A DNA stretch of 64,000 nucleotides from assembly GCA_029261055.1 (NCBI GenBank), contig JAJDCA010000068.1, forward strand, positions 69,275 through 133,274. Direction: 5' to 3'. Under the pieces are notes generated by a model. The model ran no database searches. It was not told the origin of the DNA and saw only the letters and a program-made list of their open reading frames with translations. A program made the position numbers and the translations under genes. The DNA comes from Candidatus Omnitrophota bacterium. GTDB taxonomy: Bacteria; Omnitrophota; Gorgyraeia; Zapsychrales; Zapsychraceae. Each line of letters starts with the position of its first letter. The stretch's first letter is position 1. Shown piece by piece: positions 54,980-63,692 of this stretch.

Positions 54980-56673
54980 TTACGAGGCTTAAATTCTTTA
55001 ACGTCTAAATACCAAAAATCATCATTTTTTTTAAAACCAAGGTCTTGAAAAAGAGGCTGCACTAAATTATTTTTAGCAGTAGCGATGCATTCTCCGACGA
55101 TTCGTTGAATATTATATTCTTTCGAAACGGCCATTATTTTATTTAAAACAAAATATTCAACTGTCCTTTTTATCACCCTGCAGCTCATAATCCATGTGTC
55201 AATGAAGAAAGTATTATCTCTTTTTTCTAATATGATAATGCTAATTAATCCATAATCTCCAAATTTATCCTGTAGATTAAAAACAAGGGTCATAAAATTA
55301 TCGGATTCAGATATCCTTTTGATGTCTTGTTCCGTATATCGAATCGTTCTTAAATTAAATTGATTAGATCTTTGAGTTAATTGAGCCACTCTGGGAATAT
55401 TAAATTCATTAAATTCACATACTGAAGAAATCATTCTTAAATTTAAAAGATATTCATCAATATTCGTAAATGAAACTTCTTCAACTTTTCGTTTTTCCTC
55501 CTGTTGATACTGTTGAGTACGATTTTTATCACTTTGTGAATAAGAGGATGTTTCAAACATGTTTAAAGAACTAAGGCACTCTACATATTCAGCAGGATCT
55601 TCGGGTAATTCAGGCACCATTAGTTCTGGAATATGTTTTTTAACGAGATCGCGCTCAAATGGATTGTCATCAATAAAGACCATCGAATCGAACCCTATAT
55701 TTAACACACTCTGAATATGTTTAATATTGTCAATTTTATTGTTCCAATTGGCCACAAAGATTGCAATATCGTCTAGGCGAAGTATCATCTCAGGATGTTT
55801 TAAAAAAGGTTCTTTGGCAATCTTTTCATCATTCTTGCTACAAATGGCCAAGAGTATTCCCCGCTGTTTTAATTGCTTAACCCACCATTGCAGTTCAGAA
55901 AAAGCTTTACCAATACCTAAATCACCTATTTCGATGTTCGCCAAACCATCATCGCCAATGACTCCCCCCCACAATGTATTATCCAAATCCAGTATCAAAC
56001 ATTTTTTAATCTTACCCATTAAGGATTGAATAATATCAAGCGTGTTTTTTGCTATCAAAGGAAGAAAATCCATGCTAAACACCATATCGGCATTAACATA
56101 GTTTCTTGCATCAAAAATAAACTTATGGCCGTACTGATTTTGTAAAGCGCAGACATCATTAATAAAAAAATTGTCTAAGTTTCGACACATATTCATTAAT
56201 TCAACATTAAATTTTCTTACTTGAAATAGGAAAGAGGCGGACACCTTATTGGAATAATTTCCGAAAATATTATCATTGGGTTCTAAAAGATTAAAACAGA
56301 TTATTTTGGCGGGAAGTTTTGTATTAATCGCTGCCACGAGTCCGGTGATTTTTTTTATTTCGTCATCGGCAAAATTGGATTTATCCTGAGTATTAAGTTT
56401 ATAAAAAGTATTTTTTAATTTTTGACTAGATTTAAAGATGACAATATATTCTGGTTTAAAAGAATATAATTTTGATGATGTATCTAAAATCTCACTTTCG
56501 ATTTGATCATATTCAGCTTCATAAATTTGACAATTGATTTGAACTTCATATCCATACCCTTTGAGAGCTTGAACGAACAGTTGTGTTGCGGTGTCTCCTA
56601 ATAGAGCAACTTTTACAAGTTTAGATTTTGAAAAATCTTTTCTTAAATTTTTTTTTAAATCTAGTAAATTCAT
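54958..56673 (-). CDS. FkbH-like protein: HAD-IIIC phosphatase-like domain + C-terminal GNAT-like acyltransferase domain (glyceryl-ACP loading enzyme family)
   Basis: CLILDLDNTLWGGVIGDDGLANIEIG...LKQRGILLAICSKNDEKIA is the FkbH/HAD-IIIC core. C-terminal GNAT-like block (LVFNLQDKFGDYGLISIII). 571 aa. Confidence 0.7.
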   Translation of the reverse strand: MNLLDLKKNLRKDFSKSKLVKVALLGDTATQLFVQALKGYGYEVQINCQIYEAEYDQIESEILDTSSKLYSFKPEYIVIFKSSQKLKNTFYKLNTQDKSNFADDEIKKITGLVAAINTKLPAKIICFNLLEPNDNIFGNYSNKVSASFLFQVRKFNVELMNMCRNLDNFFINDVCALQNQYGHKFIFDARNYVNADMVFSMDFLPLIAKNTLDIIQSLMGKIKKCLILDLDNTLWGGVIGDDGLANIEIGDLGIGKAFSELQWWVKQLKQRGILLAICSKNDEKIAKEPFLKHPEMILRLDDIAIFVANWNNKIDNIKHIQSVLNIGFDSMVFIDDNPFERDLVKKHIPELMVPELPEDPAEYVECLSSLNMFETSSYSQSDKNRTQQYQQEEKRKVEEVSFTNIDEYLLNLRMISSVCEFNEFNIPRVAQLTQRSNQFNLRTIRYTEQDIKRISESDNFMTLVFNLQDKFGDYGLISIIILEKRDNTFFIDTWIMSCRVIKRTVEYFVLNKIMAVSKEYNIQRIVGECIATAKNNLVQPLFQDLGFKKNDDFWYLDVKEFKPRNCYIKEN

Positions 56674-56857
56674 TTACTCTACACCCCAATTCCCGACTAT
56701 TCATGTTGACTACACATAGGATAAGACGCCTATCCATAGCTTTTAAAATCAGATTTAGGGACTTTACAAGTTTTAACGGATACTACTGCTTAGACAACAT
56801 TTAAATTTCCGACAAATAATTTAGATGTAGTCGAAGTACTACTTTACCTTGATTGAT

Positions 56858-57520
56858 TTATTCAAAATATATAAATTCATAATCACCGGTATATCCGAAA
56901 TGCTCATAGAGCCAAATCCATTCATCTTTATCAAAGAACGATTCACACGTCAAAGCCCAACACTGCAAATTAAACTGTTCTAATTCGTTTCTATAACTCT
57001 CCAGCATAATATATTTATTTTTGCCGACACGTTCGACTTCTTTGACCGCTGTTTCTAACTCAAAAATGCGTAGGTTATGAAAACAGCCCAATGTGATGAC
57101 CAAATCGAAATAATTATCCTCAAAAGGATATGGGTCTTGGGCCTTTTGAATGCGCAAACAATCACGGACTTCTTGGGGTGCATCGGCAACTCCATGTTTG
57201 GAAATGTCAAATCCCACAATTTCCGCCTTCGGGAGCAGTTTTTTAAATTCACTCATTAAATGCGCCTTACCGCATCCCACATCAAGAATTTTTGCATCCT
57301 CTTTAAGGTCATAAATTTCGATAAATTTCTGGGCAACTACTTTCCAGCGTCCATCATATTTATATCCACCGTATCCATAGCGCCGGTCACCATCCCAATA
57401 ATCAGATTCATATTCTTTAGCTTTGAGCATGCAATGGACTTTTTCATCCACCATGCGGTCAATATAGGCTCTCTTTGTTTGCGTGTGTAAAGGTGTGACG
57501 ATTTCGAGTAACTTACTCAT
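56858..57520 (-). CDS. Class I SAM-dependent methyltransferase
   Basis: ILDVGCGKAHLMSEF (motif I), VGFDIS (post I), DLVITLGCFHNL (motif II/III). 220 aa. Confidence 0.7.
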   Translation of the reverse strand: MSKLLEIVTPLHTQTKRAYIDRMVDEKVHCMLKAKEYESDYWDGDRRYGYGGYKYDGRWKVVAQKFIEIYDLKEDAKILDVGCGKAHLMSEFKKLLPKAEIVGFDISKHGVADAPQEVRDCLRIQKAQDPYPFEDNYFDLVITLGCFHNLRIFELETAVKEVERVGKNKYIMLESYRNELEQFNLQCWALTCESFFDKDEWIWLYEHFGYTGDYEFIYFE

Positions 57521-57542
57521 TGATGAACTCCTTTTTTATTTT

Positions 57543-58487
57543 TTATGCCCCTAGTTTAATCTGTGCCCCTCGCGCCTCTTTGATGGACGCAACTAAATTC
57601 TCTTCGGTGATCCCATAATGCTTCAATTGATCATTTTGAGAACCGTATATATCGGGAAAAACATCCGGAATGCCGATCCTCTTAAAATTTTTAGGTGCTT
57701 CAAAATTTGCTTCCGCAACGATCTCAGCAACTGCACTGCCTAAACCCCCAATCGTGGAATGCTCCTCAATAACTACGATTATGGGTATTCGTTCACAATA
57801 GTTCAATATAGTTTCCGTATCTAGCGGTTTGATCGTATGATTATGCAGGATTGTCGTTTCAATCCCTTCCGCACTAAGCAACTCGGCTGCCTTTTGTGCA
57901 ATGCCAAGCGTGATCCCTGTTGTAATGACAACGGCATCTTCACCCTCTCTCGCTACGATCGCCTTGCCTATTTCAAAAGAATTGTCATCAGAAGTCACAA
58001 TAGGGTCATATCCTTTAGCCATTCGGATATAAATCGGTCCAGGATAATCTACAGTTTGGGGCATTAACCGACGCATCTCATCGGCATCGGCTACCGCAAT
58101 AACAGTCATATTCGGAATAGAGCGCATAATTGCGATATCGTCAATTGCCAAATGCGTCGGTCCCAGCGGGGCATACACTAAACCACCTCCATTGGCAATC
58201 AAACGAATATTGGCCTTATGCAGACAGGCGTCGAGAACAACTTGCTCAAAGCAGCGCCGTGAAAGAAATGTTGCGATCGTATTCACATAAACAATCTTGC
58301 CTTCTATCGCTAAACCGCATCCTATCCCGACCAAATTTGCCTCACTGACACCTTCCATAAAAAATCGTTCCGGGATATTCTCTTTAAACTCTTTTAAAGT
58401 TTCAAAACTAAGATCTGACCCAATAAAAAAAATGCGTTCATCTTTTTGCGCAAGTTCATACACTGCGTTAAGGCATGTTTTACGCAT
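57543..58487 (-). CDS. Transketolase, C-terminal section (second split-transketolase pair)
   Basis: RLIANGGGLVYAPLGPTHLAIDDIAIMRSIPNMTVIAVADADE; paralog of 42373-43338. Its start overlaps the stop of the N-terminal subunit gene by 1 nt. Confidence 0.9.
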   Translation of the reverse strand: MRKTCLNAVYELAQKDERIFFIGSDLSFETLKEFKENIPERFFMEGVSEANLVGIGCGLAIEGKIVYVNTIATFLSRRCFEQVVLDACLHKANIRLIANGGGLVYAPLGPTHLAIDDIAIMRSIPNMTVIAVADADEMRRLMPQTVDYPGPIYIRMAKGYDPIVTSDDNSFEIGKAIVAREGEDAVVITTGITLGIAQKAAELLSAEGIETTILHNHTIKPLDTETILNYCERIPIIVVIEEHSTIGGLGSAVAEIVAEANFEAPKNFKRIGIPDVFPDIYGSQNDQLKHYGITEENLVASIKEARGAQIKLGA

Positions 58488-59323
58488 TAAGCAATCTCCA
58501 ATTCTTTCAAAAGTCCTGAAATATCTTCATCTGTTAGATTGCTGACGTGATGCCATTGTAAATTGTTTTCAGCATAACTAATCCCTTTTCCCTTCACTGT
58601 ATGACAAATAATCGCATTAGGCTTATCAGATTCAAAGGGAAGTTCTAATAATGTTGATTTTAATGCTTTAACATCATGACCATCGACTTCTCGCGTTGCA
58701 AATCCAAACGCCTTCCATTTATCGGCAAAAGGCTCAAGATCTAAAACTTCGTGAGTAGAAGCATACGACTGATGCTTATTGTAATCAATCATAACCGTAA
58801 GGTTCTTTAACTTATGTTTTCCGGCGCATAATGCAGCTTCCCAAACTGAGCCTTCATTACATTCTCCATCACCGACAATAACAATCGTTCGATAATCAGC
58901 TTTTTCATAACGAGCATTTAAAGCCATTCCAATACCCAAAGATAAACCGTGCCCTAAACTCCCCGTCGAAACTTCAATACCGGCAACCTTATGTTCCGGA
59001 TGACCGCCTAAAATGCCGTCAACTTTACAAAACTTCCATAATTCTGATTCGGGTATAAATCCCTTTTCCGCAAGCATCACATAAAGAGCAATACAGCCAT
59101 GCCCTTTACTTAAAATACATCGATCACGATGAAACCATTCAGGATTTTTTGAATCAAACGTAAGAATATCGTCGTAAAGAACGCGTAATATTTCAATAAC
59201 CGAAAGTGACGCCCCAATATGCCCTCTTCCTCCGGCCTCCAATGTTTTAACAATCATTTTCCTTAAATCTTTTGATCTTTGATCTAATCCCACGTTAATC
59301 TCTCCATTACAATAATGTGTCAT
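58487..59323 (-). CDS. Transketolase, N-terminal TPP-binding section (second pair)
   Basis: GHIGASLSVIEILRVLY...VGDGECNEGSVWEAALCAGKHKLKNLTVMIDYNKHQ; paralog of 43338-44180. Confidence 0.9.
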   Translation of the reverse strand: MTHYCNGEINVGLDQRSKDLRKMIVKTLEAGGRGHIGASLSVIEILRVLYDDILTFDSKNPEWFHRDRCILSKGHGCIALYVMLAEKGFIPESELWKFCKVDGILGGHPEHKVAGIEVSTGSLGHGLSLGIGMALNARYEKADYRTIVIVGDGECNEGSVWEAALCAGKHKLKNLTVMIDYNKHQSYASTHEVLDLEPFADKWKAFGFATREVDGHDVKALKSTLLELPFESDKPNAIICHTVKGKGISYAENNLQWHHVSNLTDEDISGLLKELEIA

Positions 59324-60422
59324 AAGGAAACTTGCTGTATGTATCTTTCATCGTCACAAGCATATTTTTGGCTTTTAAAAGCTGCTTTTTAAGAATGTTG
59401 TTTTTGCTTAAAGTTTCTATTTGCGCAAAATGACGCCGTTGAAAATCCCCTGGTATAAATTCGTTCAAAAAAATAAGACACCATTTCAGGCCAAAGAAAG
59501 GATAGGTAACTTTGATCCTATCCTTTAATCGTTCACATTCCTTAAATAATTTAAGTCCGCTTGTTACAAACTGTTGCTTAAGATTTCGATCAAGCATCAT
59601 CGCTGGATGAAGTAAAAAATCTGAAATAGTTTTAGCTGGATCATCCCATCCAAAATGTTCAAAATCCAAGAAGACAATACGCCCGCTCTTATCTCTGAGA
59701 GCATTATGAAAACCAAAATCCGATGGGCTCAATATCTTCTCTCTCTCACTTATACTTTCATCAAATGATATCCTGGAATCTGAAAGCCTCTTCTTTGCCC
59801 ACTGTATTAATATTTCCCAAAATGGAATGAACTCGCAGTCTAAATAATTCCTAAGGACTTCGTATTCTTCTCCAGGCTCCTTAACTTCCTTAAGCCGGTT
59901 TACCCTCGCTTGAATATTATCATTAATTTCCTGGACTGAAAAAAAAGCTTCCGAAGCTACACGCGGAAAATCTGCATCGACACCCCTTAACCTTTTCAAG
60001 TCTGCCAGAAACTCAAGTGCGCAGACGATATCTTGACTTTTAATTTCTTCAGGAGAAATTTTTTTTCCTTCAATAAATGTATAAATAGCACAATTTCCAT
60101 CTTTATCCATAGTGATCGGCTGTGGAATAGATCTGAGGCCGTTATTCCAAAGAAAACTCAAGCTTGAAAACTCAACCGTAAGCCGGTCTCTTGTATTAGC
60201 GGCATCACAGTAATAAAATTTTAAGACATATTTTACATTATCAACTGATTTAATTTGATAAACACGACTATTAAGCCCTCCTCCAATTCTTTTGGAATCA
60301 GTTATTGGCATTGAAAGCAGCCGACAAGCGATACTTTTGACATCAGCATCCTCGAGGCTTTTTTTATTTTGCAAAGAAATAGCCATAAATATCTTTCCAT
60401 TCCCTGAAGGCTTTGACATCAT
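59307..60422 (-). CDS. APH/choline-kinase-like small-molecule kinase (paralog of 44152-45189)
   Basis: LSPSDFGFHNALRDKSGRIVFLDFEHFGWDDP catalytic region aligns with the first kinase; 371 aa. Confidence 0.7.
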   Translation of the reverse strand: MMSKPSGNGKIFMAISLQNKKSLEDADVKSIACRLLSMPITDSKRIGGGLNSRVYQIKSVDNVKYVLKFYYCDAANTRDRLTVEFSSLSFLWNNGLRSIPQPITMDKDGNCAIYTFIEGKKISPEEIKSQDIVCALEFLADLKRLRGVDADFPRVASEAFFSVQEINDNIQARVNRLKEVKEPGEEYEVLRNYLDCEFIPFWEILIQWAKKRLSDSRISFDESISEREKILSPSDFGFHNALRDKSGRIVFLDFEHFGWDDPAKTISDFLLHPAMMLDRNLKQQFVTSGLKLFKECERLKDRIKVTYPFFGLKWCLIFLNEFIPGDFQRRHFAQIETLSKNNILKKQLLKAKNMLVTMKDTYSKFPYDTLL

Positions 60423-60978
60423 TTAGCACAGATTTTTTTTTGGCAAAAAGAATCCTCTCCACATGAACTGGAAAGGAATCCTCTAAAAATGTCTCTTCCA
60501 AATCATCAATAAAATGAGTGCATCCCAACTGTTTAATCCTCTCAATCTTTTCACGTCTTGTCGATTCAAAAAAAACCCTGTCTGGAGTCAGCCCCAAACC
60601 GTTTTCATCAAAGAATCGATTATTTTTCATCCAATGCATCGCTGTAACTCTAAGATTAATTTCGTTTTCATCCATCGAGGCGAATTGGGTTTTATGGCTA
60701 ACGATGGACACACAAATTTTAGCGTTACGGCAAGCATCAAAAAATGGTTTTATACCCTCAAAAAGCATTGCATCCTTCATACCCTGTCCGTATATAAAAG
60801 CCTGCAATTTTTGCCATTCAAGCTCACCATCGGGTAATTCTCTAATCTTATTGCGAATATTTTGTTTGTCTTTTTCAGTCTCCGGGGTAATGAAACCAGA
60901 TTGAAGCGCTCTGTCATAAAGAGTATTTTCATAATTGACAATAGTATTATCAAAATCTATTCCGATAATACGACTCAT
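60364..60978 (-). CDS. HAD-superfamily hydrolase (sugar-phosphate phosphatase candidate)
   Basis: IIGIDFDNTIV (DxDxT motif I); 204 aa. Overlaps the upstream kinase gene by 59 nt in another frame. Confidence 0.6.
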   Translation of the reverse strand: MSRIIGIDFDNTIVNYENTLYDRALQSGFITPETEKDKQNIRNKIRELPDGELEWQKLQAFIYGQGMKDAMLFEGIKPFFDACRNAKICVSIVSHKTQFASMDENEINLRVTAMHWMKNNRFFDENGLGLTPDRVFFESTRREKIERIKQLGCTHFIDDLEETFLEDSFPVHVERILFAKKKSVLNDVKAFREWKDIYGYFFAK

Positions 60979-61015
60979 ACTACAGCCCTTGTTTGAACGC
61001 CTCCATAAAGAACTC

Positions 61016-62041
61016 TTAAGATATGTTGCATTGGGTTTCCGTCTTTAATGTTTTTATATTAAAGTATTTAGGATTATTCATAGAATCCTCAAACTTATTA
61101 TTCCGAAACGCCTTAATCAGATCACGTACAGCATCTTCCAACGTGTGCGTCGGAACAAAATTTAATTCTTTTTTAATTTTCTCCGAGGATATTCGATAAG
61201 AACGAATATCATCAGACGGCGTTGTCTCAATCGTAGGCTCGTCACGATCAGGGATTTCTTGTTTAACCACATCGTGTACGATTTGGGCAATGTCAGCAAT
61301 GCTCCGGTTTTGATAGCCGGCATTGTAAATTTTTCCGGCAATTTTTTCTTTGGGTAACTCAAGAAGCATAACGTAAAGATCTGTAATATCTTCAATATGA
61401 ATATTTGGACGCTCTTGTTTACCGCCGAAAACCTTTATATGATTATTGTTATACGCATGGTTTGTTAAAATATTGACCGACAGATCAAATCTTTGCCGAG
61501 GCGAATACCCACAGACAGTTGCCGGACGAATCGTTACTGTCGTAAATTCATCCGATTGATATTTGGTAAGGATAGGCTCACACAAACCTTTATATTTATT
61601 ATAATCTGTAATCGGCAGAAGCGGATGATCTTCCGTAACTTGCTCAGCTTCACTAATACCGTACACACTGCAGGTTGAAGCATAAATAAATTTTTTTATA
61701 CCACTTTCCTTGCTGATTTGAACAAGCGGTTCAAAGGCATCATAATTGACTTTCTTGCTAAGCTCGGGATCAAGTTCAAACGTTGGATCATTAGATATGC
61801 AAGCAAGATGAATGACAGCATCACAACCGTGCAAACTTGATTTTAACAGGTCATGATCACAAATATCCCCCTTAATCTCTTCTAAATCGGTTTTATTTTC
61901 TATTCCATCAAAAACATCTTCCCCATAAGTGTATAAATCTAATACCTTCACATAATATCCTTGGTTCAATAACTTAGGCACTAAAATGGCACCCACATAT
62001 CCAGCTCCACCGGTAACTAAAACTGTTTGTTTTCTATTCAT
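61016..62041 (-). CDS. NAD-dependent epimerase/dehydratase (UDP-glucose-4-epimerase/HldD-like extended SDR)
   Basis: VLVTGGAGYVGAIL Rossmann motif, STCSVYG, YNKYK (YxxxK). 341 aa. Confidence 0.8.
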   Translation of the reverse strand: MNRKQTVLVTGGAGYVGAILVPKLLNQGYYVKVLDLYTYGEDVFDGIENKTDLEEIKGDICDHDLLKSSLHGCDAVIHLACISNDPTFELDPELSKKVNYDAFEPLVQISKESGIKKFIYASTCSVYGISEAEQVTEDHPLLPITDYNKYKGLCEPILTKYQSDEFTTVTIRPATVCGYSPRQRFDLSVNILTNHAYNNNHIKVFGGKQERPNIHIEDITDLYVMLLELPKEKIAGKIYNAGYQNRSIADIAQIVHDVVKQEIPDRDEPTIETTPSDDIRSYRISSEKIKKELNFVPTHTLEDAVRDLIKAFRNNKFEDSMNNPKYFNIKTLKTETQCNIS

Positions 62042-62059
62042 AAATTCCCCTTTCTAGTT

Positions 62060-63646
62060 CTACTTTAATAACCTTGTAATAAATTTAATTAAATCTACTG
62101 AATTGACAGGTTCTCTATTGCATACGATTTGAACAGCTAAAGATCCCACCGTATTGCCGATAAAGGACACCAACTCTTGAGGCATTCCCACCGCAAAGCA
62201 CGGAGCGACAAACGCAAAAAAAGCGTCGCCTGCACCGATCGCATCGACAACATTACTCGAAAATGCAGGGGTCTCATGAAAACCATATTCTTTCGAAAAA
62301 CAAACTGAACCATGCGAGCCTCTTGTAGCAATAATATGCTCACACCCTATTTTCTGATATATATCTTTGGATAACGTTCGCACATCTCCAAATTTATCAT
62401 GGGTCGCAAAACGTAATTCCATTTCATCAATACACACACAATGCGCATGTGGATATTTTGTGACAAGATTAAACCCTGCATTAGACCCATTTGTTTGTGC
62501 GTTAATAGCTAAATACTTTGATTTCTTGGACAATAAATTAATAATTTTTTTGGTCAATAGTCCATGACCAAAATCTGAAACAATTACGGCATCATAATTC
62601 TTAATTGTTTTTTTTAAATGTTGGATAATTTTTGATTCTTCCTGTCGGCTAATATCTTTATCGTCCATATAACAAATCTCAAACAATTTCTGACTTGAAT
62701 ATTTATTAACAAACCTTCTTTTAATGACAGTACTGGAATCGGAACGATAAAAGAAAATAGGATTGATATTATTATTTAGCCGGCTTTGAATAAAGTCCTG
62801 ATGCGCCCGTTTTTCTCCTAACACCGTCAGCAAATCAACATTCTCGCACACACTGGCGACATTGTTAGCCGTTGCCAAAACACCGCCGGCAAACATTTCC
62901 TTAGAATCATACTTATTAACAACGACGTCGGCCTTAGATGATTTCCCCATGGGTAAACAATAATGATATTCATCAACAATGGCGTCACCAATCACCAATA
63001 CTTTTAATTTTTTTAACGACTCTAAAGATTTCTTAATATTATCAATGCTATACCTTTTTCCAATAGCCTTTAAATATTTCACAGTCCTTGGCGGATACAC
63101 ATCGAGATGATTATTAATGATACTCGAGGAGCTAAACGTAATATCATCCGTAAAAACTAATCTTCCGCCTACAGACTTGATGGCATCTTCTTCATCATAA
63201 ATTTTTCCGGTAACATCTTCTTCTTTGGCCTTATATTCAACGCCCTTGGCATAAACATTCGGCCTTATTTTTTTTATAAATTCAATAGCTGTTGGGGCAT
63301 CCACTACAGACACAAAATCAATGGCCGCCAAAGAAGCTAAAGTCTCCGCGCGTAATTTTTCATTAAAAACAGGACGACCAGGGCCTCTTTTGACAAATTT
63401 ATCTTTTGTCGTAGAAACAACTAATACATCGCCTTCTTTTTTGGCCATATTAAAATGCCGTATATGACCAAGATGCACAATATCAAACACTCCATGGCAA
63501 AGGACAACTTCTTTTCCCTTTTTTTTGCAATTACTAATAATCTTGGCTAAGGAGTCAACTGATTTAATTTTTTTTGAAGTTTTGCTATCCATGTTCATTA
63601 TTTTTTTAATTACAAATGGTGAGTAAACGAAGACCTTCAGCTTCAC
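62060..63646 (-). CDS. Bifunctional sugar-phosphate nucleotidyltransferase (N-terminal, cytidylyl/adenylyltransferase-like HxGH fold) + pfkB-family sugar kinase (C-terminal); HldE/RfaE-like in reversed domain order
   Basis: N-term VVLCHGVFDIVHLGHIRHF (HxGH nucleotidyltransferase motif). C-term pfkB kinase with VVDAIGAGDAF signature. 528 aa (true start may be the internal MNMDSK). Confidence 0.7.
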   Translation of the reverse strand: MKLKVFVYSPFVIKKIMNMDSKTSKKIKSVDSLAKIISNCKKKGKEVVLCHGVFDIVHLGHIRHFNMAKKEGDVLVVSTTKDKFVKRGPGRPVFNEKLRAETLASLAAIDFVSVVDAPTAIEFIKKIRPNVYAKGVEYKAKEEDVTGKIYDEEDAIKSVGGRLVFTDDITFSSSSIINNHLDVYPPRTVKYLKAIGKRYSIDNIKKSLESLKKLKVLVIGDAIVDEYHYCLPMGKSSKADVVVNKYDSKEMFAGGVLATANNVASVCENVDLLTVLGEKRAHQDFIQSRLNNNINPIFFYRSDSSTVIKRRFVNKYSSQKLFEICYMDDKDISRQEESKIIQHLKKTIKNYDAVIVSDFGHGLLTKKIINLLSKKSKYLAINAQTNGSNAGFNLVTKYPHAHCVCIDEMELRFATHDKFGDVRTLSKDIYQKIGCEHIIATRGSHGSVCFSKEYGFHETPAFSSNVVDAIGAGDAFFAFVAPCFAVGMPQELVSFIGNTVGSLAVQIVCNREPVNSVDLIKFITRLLK

Positions 63647-63692
63647 TCAGGCTGAGTTCTGCGCCTGCCGAAGAACGAAGCGCGTTGAACCA

